A stretch of 64,000 bases of DNA from an uncultured Acidobacteriota bacterium (GTDB lineage Bacteria > Acidobacteriota > Vicinamibacteria > Vicinamibacterales > UBA8438), in NCBI GenBank assembly GCA_913043225.1, contig CAJWLU010000003.1, positions 128,001 to 192,000 of the forward strand, given 5' to 3'. Of this stretch, positions 58,536-64,000 are shown piece by piece; position 1 is the first letter of the stretch; each line of letters begins with the position of its first letter. The position numbers and the translations under genes were made by a program. The notes below the pieces were generated by a model that was given only the letters and a program-made list of their open reading frames with translations, did not search any database and was not told where the DNA came from.

Positions 58536-58997
58536 TCAGGTATCCAGTCTGTGTGTGAGCTCGCGTATCGTACCGACCGTGCGCTCTAGGTCGGCCTCGG
58601 GCAGACCGTCAGCGATTCGGGCGGCCCAGTCGTGACCGACGTCGGTCAGCGCGGCTTCGATCCGTTCACCTTTCCGAGTCAAGACGAGCAAGGGTGAACG
58701 AACATGGTCGGGGTTGGGGTCGTAACGCACGAGGCCGTCCTTTGCGAGCAGGTCTGCGACCCGCTGCACGCTCTGGCGCGACATACCCATGCGCCGGGCG
58801 ATCTGCGGAACGGTCCTGGTTTCCTCGGCCACTGCACCGATGACCTGCCACCGCGCCTGCGTCTGGCCGAGCGGCGCGGTCAATGCGGCGCCGTGGCGCA
58901 GGAGCGCGCCGTTTAACCGAAAGATCTCGAGTACCAGCTGTCGGAGGGTGTCTGCGCTGGCGGGTCGAGTGGCCGGGGTGTACTGGTCTGAACCCAT
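58536..58997 (-). CDS. MarR family transcriptional regulator
   Basis: ARWQVIGA, TVPQIARRMGMSRQSVQRVAD, NPDHVRSPL.LT.KG. Confidence 0.93.
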   Translation of the reverse strand: MGSDQYTPATRPASADTLRQLVLEIFRLNGALLRHGAALTAPLGQTQARWQVIGAVAEETRTVPQIARRMGMSRQSVQRVADLLAKDGLVRYDPNPDHVRSPLLVLTRKGERIEAALTDVGHDWAARIADGLPEADLERTVGTIRELTHRLDT

Positions 58998-59034
58998 ATG
59001 ACACTATTGAACCATATAGACATTATTCTGTCAA
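58998..59034 (-). promoter_or_regulatory. MarR promoter with an overlapping operator
   Basis: Minus-strand TTGACA(59034-59029)-17 nt-TTCAAT(59011-59006). Palindrome GACA-ttattc-TGTC at 59019-59032 and a second GACA half-site at 59000. The start codon is only about 8 nt after the -10. Confidence 0.65.
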
Positions 59035-59064
59035 TATGAATAGCCGTGCTACTTTGCCGCATTT

Positions 59065-59230
59065 GCCGGCGACCCGAGGCGCTGGTCGGGTTATGACTGG
59101 ACGGGAAGGACCGGTGGCTGAGGTCGCAACTCACTACCTCCGCGCGGTCCTTGGGGGAGGCACTCGTGTGGCTACGAGCCCCATCCAAGTCATGGAAGAT
59201 CCCGACCAGACGCCTCGAGTGACGCCCGCC
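59065..59230 (+). ncRNA. Multi-branched structured RNA, IS110 non-coding/bridge-RNA-like, with no adjacent recombinase
   Basis: Long closing helix, two inner stem-loop domains and an upstream extended -10 TGcTACTTT (59047-59055). The IS110 resemblance is from recall only. Confidence 0.55.
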
Positions 59231-59268
59231 CGCAGGGCCGGAGAGCCTGCTCCAACCCCGCGGTCCTG

Positions 59269-59502
59269 CTAGTGGGGAGTCGTGTGCTGTATATCGACTT
59301 CTGAATCGAGTGTCCGCTCTTCGTCTTCGACTCCGAACTCAACATAGGCGTCGCCAAGCAGACGCACCAGCTCCCGTAGTTCTCGCTTGGTGAGCTTCAA
59401 CACTAGGGGACCCAGATCTACGTGGATGCAGCCGTGTTGACACTGCGACACGGCCCAGTGCCGCCGTTTACGGGGTTGCTCTTCTGACGTTTCCTGTTTC
59501 AT
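59269..59502 (-). CDS. Small Cys/His-containing protein downstream of the TonB receptor
   Basis: GGAG RBS; SQCQHGCIHVDLGPLVLKLTKRELRELV. Confidence 0.72.
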   Translation of the reverse strand: MKQETSEEQPRKRRHWAVSQCQHGCIHVDLGPLVLKLTKRELRELVRLLGDAYVEFGVEDEERTLDSEVDIQHTTPH

Positions 59503-59514
59503 GATGTCTCCGTA

Positions 59515-61791
59515 CTACCAATCAAGGGCTAGAGACGTGATGACGCTGCGTCCCGGGCTCGAATAGCGGTCGATTACTGGGTCGTTCGTGCCTCGGCCGC
59601 GGACGTTCCACCACTCAAAATAGGTTTCATCGGCTAGGTTCAGTAGTCCGATTCGGAAGGTCACCGCGTCGGCCGGCCGGATCGAGGTGACGAAGTCAAC
59701 CACCTGGTACCCGTCCGGCGCGAATTGTCCGTCACCGGCATCCAAAGCAGTCTGTCCTTCGGTGATCCGTACCGACAGCTCGCTTGTCCACCAGCCGTCT
59801 GGGTCGATGTACTGGAGCCCAATGACGCCTTCGTCCGGCGTAATCGAACCGAGGGGTGTGTCGGTGTCGCCGGACACGTCGGTCCCGGTTATGGCGGCCC
59901 AGCTAGCGCGGAGGCGGACACGGTTGGTGAGATACGTGTCGGCCCTCACTTCGACTCCCCCGATCTCTACCTCTGACAGGTTCTGGCTCTGGAACTCCAG
60001 GAGGAATGTGGCGGGGTTGAACCCGACCGCGGTTAGCTCGATGAAGTCATCGTAGCGATTCGAGAAGGCGGTGACATCCAGGCTTGTCCGGCCAAATGCG
60101 GCCCGCAGCCCAACTTCAATGTTGTCGCTCGTCTCGGCATTCAACCCCGCGTTCGGGAGCGTGGTGTATCCGCCCGCTAGGTTGGTGAAGCCGGTGTTGA
60201 TCGCGCTGTAGGGAGGTGCGCGGAAACCGCCGGCATACTGGGCGTGCGCGGTTAGGTCGTCCGTGATCAAGACCGTGGCGCCAATCTTCGGCGACATCGC
60301 GTCGGCCGAGAAATCAGCTGGCACCGGATTCAGTCCGGCAAGGTAAACCGCGTCCTCCTGGTTGGCGTCGAGTGAGTACCGGTCGTAGCGGACTCCCGGG
60401 ACGATGGTCAGACGGTCTACGCGGAGCTCGGCTTGCACATAGACGCCGGTCTCATCAACGTCGCTCTCTGGGAAATACTTCGCCGGGAAGATGAGGCTGG
60501 TCGGCACCGGCGCACCGGTGATGATGTTCGTTTCGCTGCGATCACGCAGCACATCGAACGCATCACGTGTGAAGCTGGCGCCGAAGGTCAGCATCAGCCC
60601 GTTCTCGGTACCCCCGACCCAGTGTTGTCCTTGCCCTGAGGCGCCGAAGCCCCGCTGCTCGAAATTGACGGTGCCGGTCCTCGAGGACAGCGTGGGCGGA
60701 CCGAACGCGACGATTGATCGGGACTCGTCTACGACTTGGGAGGTGTCGCCCCCCTGGCCGTAGACCCGCCAGGTGAGCACGTCTAGTCCACGCTGCGGTG
60801 TCAGGACGTGATCGAGCGAGATTCGCCAGCGCTTCTGAGTGTCGAGGGCCTGCGCGCTCGTCGTGCTGAACGCGACCGGACCGTAGAAGGTTGTGCCCTG
60901 AAGCGAGTACGCCGTCGTGTTGATCTGGGTGTCGAACACCTCGATCGCGCTTCGGAAGATGTTTCCTGGAGACGCAGTGAAAACCATCTTGCCGAGCGCC
61001 TGCAGGCCTTCGCGGTCTTGAGGGTTTGGTGCGGTGCGGGTGACGTCCAGTGTTTCGATTGTGCCCTGGTTCTTGGTCTCGTTTCCCCGGCTGTAACTGG
61101 TAAACAGCGACCCCTGCACGCTCTCGTTGCCTAGGGCGAACGCGAAGTTGCCGCTGGTATCGTCAGAGCGCCCGTCCCAGGTGGTCTTGACGCCGAGGTA
61201 GCGCTTCTGGTCCAGCAAGTAGTCGGCAGGGTCTTTCGTGAACAAGGACACGACACCGCCTAGGGCGTCGCTGCCGTAGAGGGCCGAGTTGGCGCTCCGG
61301 ACGATCTCGACCGACTTGAGCGTGTCCACGTCGAGGCCTGCCTGATGGATGCTGAACGGCCCGAAGTCGAACTGCTCGGAGGTCTGTACCCCATCGACCT
61401 GGGTCATGACACGGTTACCACCCACGCCACGAATGTTGAAGCCGTTCAAGCCGAGTCGGGTTACGTCGTTCTCGACATAGACGCCAGGTTCGAACTTGAC
61501 GAGGTCGGAGAAGCTCTCGACCATCCGCTCCGCGATGGTTTCGCTATCGATGACCGACACCACGCCCGGGGTCTCCCTCAGCGATGACGGCGAAAGCGTG
61601 GCCGTGACCGTTATCTCATCGAGATACGTCGTCGGCTCGTCCTCGGTCGACTGATTGGTGCTGGCACTAGTCGACGTTTGCGGCTGAGCCAGCACCTCGG
61701 CGGGCAGGAGTGCCACCGTTAGCGAGAAGACGAGGACGGCTCCTGCCCCCTGGGGACCGCGTCCGCGTCGGAGCTGTTGTACGAGCTGCAT
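59515..61791 (-). CDS. TonB-dependent heme/hemoglobin family receptor
   Basis: DEITVTAT TonB box, FNIRGVGGNRV, SALYGSDALGGVV, GFRAPP...PNAGLNAETS, terminal W. Confidence 0.9.
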   Translation of the reverse strand: MQLVQQLRRGRGPQGAGAVLVFSLTVALLPAEVLAQPQTSTSASTNQSTEDEPTTYLDEITVTATLSPSSLRETPGVVSVIDSETIAERMVESFSDLVKFEPGVYVENDVTRLGLNGFNIRGVGGNRVMTQVDGVQTSEQFDFGPFSIHQAGLDVDTLKSVEIVRSANSALYGSDALGGVVSLFTKDPADYLLDQKRYLGVKTTWDGRSDDTSGNFAFALGNESVQGSLFTSYSRGNETKNQGTIETLDVTRTAPNPQDREGLQALGKMVFTASPGNIFRSAIEVFDTQINTTAYSLQGTTFYGPVAFSTTSAQALDTQKRWRISLDHVLTPQRGLDVLTWRVYGQGGDTSQVVDESRSIVAFGPPTLSSRTGTVNFEQRGFGASGQGQHWVGGTENGLMLTFGASFTRDAFDVLRDRSETNIITGAPVPTSLIFPAKYFPESDVDETGVYVQAELRVDRLTIVPGVRYDRYSLDANQEDAVYLAGLNPVPADFSADAMSPKIGATVLITDDLTAHAQYAGGFRAPPYSAINTGFTNLAGGYTTLPNAGLNAETSDNIEVGLRAAFGRTSLDVTAFSNRYDDFIELTAVGFNPATFLLEFQSQNLSEVEIGGVEVRADTYLTNRVRLRASWAAITGTDVSGDTDTPLGSITPDEGVIGLQYIDPDGWWTSELSVRITEGQTALDAGDGQFAPDGYQVVDFVTSIRPADAVTFRIGLLNLADETYFEWWNVRGRGTNDPVIDRYSSPGRSVITSLALDW

Positions 61792-61902
61792 GGCTATACT
61801 CCAAATGGGTTCCGGTCCGCCCCATGCGGTACCGGCGCTCACTTGGGCGCTCCCGTTCGGCTCCTACACCATGGGCGGGGGCGCCCACCTCTGATCCAAC
61901 GT

Positions 61903-63216
61903 TCAGTTCAGTGCCTTGTCGTCCGAGCTGACTCGGATAAGTTCGGTCCCGGCCCGGATCAGGATCGCATCGTCAACCGCCGCGATCGCTGTGACGGGTG
62001 CGCTGACCGACAAGTGGTTAGTAGCCACAACCTGGGCCGTTTTCGCCGATGCCGCCAGTATCTCGGTCGTACCGTCCTCACCAAAGAAGAAGACGTGGTC
62101 TCGGTGACCGAGCGGAGTAGCCCACGTGGACGCGGAAAGCCGATGGGTCCACTGGACCTCGCCCGATTGTGGGTCCAGGCAGCGTGCCGCGCCCGCTGGG
62201 TTGATCCAATATATGCACTTGCCGTACGCGAACGGGGAGCCGAAGTTTGAACCGCTACCGGTCTTCCAGGCGACGGCCGTTTCGTCGAGTTTGCCGAGCC
62301 CGCCCCGTCGGATGGCAAGGTTTGCATCGACCGCCAGTCCTCCCACCACGACGAGCTCGTTCGTGACCGTTGGGGAGGGCACATGGTTGCCGCTCAGACC
62401 GGCGAAGTGCCAGCGGCGTTCGCCGGTGACGGCGTCGAAGCCTTCGATCTGTCCGGACGCGCTGACGACGATCTCATTGCCTTCGGGCGATAGCACTGGT
62501 GTGGTCCAGGCGACTCCGGCGTCCCGCTCGGTCCGCCATAGCGTGTCGCCAGTGGTTCGATCGACCGCGAGAAGATAGGAGTAGGTACGTCGAGTCAGAA
62601 GTACCACGACCGCACGGGGAGTCAGCAGCAAGGAGTTTCCGACCCCGTGATTACCTCCTACGGATCCATAGTCCTTGGTCAGATCACGTTGCCAATGCAC
62701 TGCACCGTCGTGGCCCAAGGCGATAAGGTCGCCGCTGGCGAAGAAGCTATAGATGCGGTCTTGGTCGACGACTGGAGTGGGCGCTGCTTTGGAGACGTAG
62801 TCATTGAACTCGTGTGGTTCGGAGGCATCGAAAGCCTGGCGCCACTGTTCGCTGCCGTCTTCCAGATTGAGCGCCGTGACCCACAGACGTTCTTTCATGG
62901 CGCCTTCAATCGAGGTGACGAACACTGAACTGTCCCAGATCACCGGGGAGGACTGCCCAAACCCCGGGGTGGTGACACGCCAGGCGACAGTCTGGTCGGA
63001 CCAGGTAAGTGGGAGTCGGGCGGCGTGGCTGACGTTGGTACCGTCGCCGCGGAAGCCCGGCCATCGCGTAGCGGCCTCGGAGGTCGCAAAAACGAAACCC
63101 GCGCGCCGAGTTTGGGCAGCATGGTCTGCCAGGAGGAGGAAGACCAAAGCCACGATACAGCCGCCCGCAGAGGGCAGTAGCCCTCCGAAGATCGGTGGAG
63201 GCGCTAGCGATCGCAC
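61903..63216 (-). CDS. PQQ-like beta-propeller (BamB-like) protein
   Basis: WPGFRG, GQSSPVIW, APTPVVD, and repeated TG...W blades. Confidence 0.85.
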   Translation of the reverse strand: MRSLAPPPIFGGLLPSAGGCIVALVFLLLADHAAQTRRAGFVFATSEAATRWPGFRGDGTNVSHAARLPLTWSDQTVAWRVTTPGFGQSSPVIWDSSVFVTSIEGAMKERLWVTALNLEDGSEQWRQAFDASEPHEFNDYVSKAAPTPVVDQDRIYSFFASGDLIALGHDGAVHWQRDLTKDYGSVGGNHGVGNSLLLTPRAVVVLLTRRTYSYLLAVDRTTGDTLWRTERDAGVAWTTPVLSPEGNEIVVSASGQIEGFDAVTGERRWHFAGLSGNHVPSPTVTNELVVVGGLAVDANLAIRRGGLGKLDETAVAWKTGSGSNFGSPFAYGKCIYWINPAGAARCLDPQSGEVQWTHRLSASTWATPLGHRDHVFFFGEDGTTEILAASAKTAQVVATNHLSVSAPVTAIAAVDDAILIRAGTELIRVSSDDKALN

Positions 63217-64000
63217 CGGCGCCCCCCTTTCAGGCTGACGCCGGCAAGGCTGGCGTCGCTGTCACAGCGGCTACGTTCGTCAGGCTGCCACCCCATGATC
63301 TGGCGCATCGCTGCCTCGCCTTGAGTGATTAAGTCACCGATCCAGCGAGCAAATAGCGGGTGGGGAGCGAAGCCAGCTCCGATCTGCACTCCGTCGAGGT
63401 CGCTGAGTTCGTACTGGGATGGGCCGGTCCCGGTCATCCGGGCTGGAATGGCCAGCACTGTCCGGCCGAGGGCTCGTTCGGCTTCAATGATGCCGTGGAT
63501 CTGGGCCTCGGCTTCCTCGCGGGCGTCGGGCCAGTCTTCTCGCCAGTTGGCCCAGTGGAATGCCGCGAAGTTCGGTTCGTGCTCCTGCATCTGCGAGGCG
63601 ATCGACTCAAGGTTCTCCAACCACGCCGCGTTTCCCTCGTCGCTGCCCGCACCGTGACCAAGGAGCAGCACGGCCTCCTGCGAGGGATTGTTAGAGAGGG
63701 CTCGGGCGCGCGCCGCGAGCGCCTCCGCAAATGCCGGGTGGTCTTCCAGGCCGCCAAGGGTGGCGAAGATCGCCGCAGAGCGCACCCGAGGGGGTGGTCC
63801 CATGCCCATGGACATGCCCGGTTCATCGCCGAGCCCCATCAGATACTCGATGCGGTCGAGAAATGACGCTGCTTGGGCGAAGACCCGAATGAGCACGATG
63901 GCCCGCGCACCGCGTTCTTCCAGGCGTGAGACGGCTCGACCGAGCACGACCGGGTCGGCCATCGAGAAGGCATATTCGACCAACCGGCTCTGGGTTAACT
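63204..64000 (-). CDS. CbiX/SirB-fold chelatase-like protein, 5'-truncated by the window edge
   Basis: YAFSMAD, LEDHPAFAEAL, VLLLGHG, REDWP. The frame stays open to the window end. Confidence 0.75.
   Translation of the reverse strand, partial: LTQSRLVEYAFSMADPVVLGRAVSRLEERGARAIVLIRVFAQAASFLDRIEYLMGLGDEPGMSMGMGPPPRVRSAAIFATLGGLEDHPAFAEALAARARALSNNPSQEAVLLLGHGAGSDEGNAAWLENLESIASQMQEHEPNFAAFHWANWREDWPDAREEAEAQIHGIIEAERALGRTVLAIPARMTGTGPSQYELSDLDGVQIGAGFAPHPLFARWIGDLITQGEAAMRQIMGWQPDERSRCDSDASLAGVSLKGGRRCDR

Noticed and set aside
59093..59205. Cobalamin riboswitch, 6S RNA or SRP identity for the structured RNA
   Set aside because: ACTG..GGGAAGG and AAGTCA..GA look B12-like, but the 5' GGGAA/GGTG-AA-TCC core is missing and no gene lies downstream on this strand. 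There is no 6S-type central bubble and no SRP CAGG-GGAA-AGCAG motif.
1..64000. CRISPR arrays, tRNA/rRNA genes, intact transposases, prophage genes
   Set aside because: None seen on manual reading. A tRNAscan, Infernal or CRISPR scan would be needed to exclude them formally.

Overview
GC-rich (roughly two-thirds G+C by eye), gene-dense chromosomal window. It most likely comes from an Acidobacteriota genome (Vicinamibacterales-like), inferred from the DUF1592/DUF1552/ankyrin trio and an ADOP-permease remnant. I saw no rRNA, tRNA, CRISPR array or intact transposase. There are about 50 intact CDSs. They include periplasmic redox modules (DUF1592/DUF1552/ankyrin; porin-CuA cupredoxin-diheme oxidoreductase), an ABC exporter, lysC, an M16 peptidase pair, namZ, an orphan Dam-type methylase, an itaconate/methylsuccinate-type CoA-degradation cluster, a HemN-like radical SAM enzyme with a non-canonical CX7CX2C motif, an M1 peptidase, a MarR operon and part of a heme-type TonB uptake locus. 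Four signals are not shown by the ORF track. (1) A selenoprotein (peroxiredoxin-like, UxxC, in-frame TGA at 9949 with a SECIS-like hairpin). (2) A ~160-nt multi-branched structured RNA with a putative promoter at 59047-59230; it resembles, from memory only, the non-coding guide region of IS110 elements but has no recombinase beside it. (3) A second structured intergenic element at 57324-57430. (4) About nine eroded gene remnants, several collapsed by internal deletions so that only the start and the end of the gene remain. All family assignments are motif recognition, not database results.
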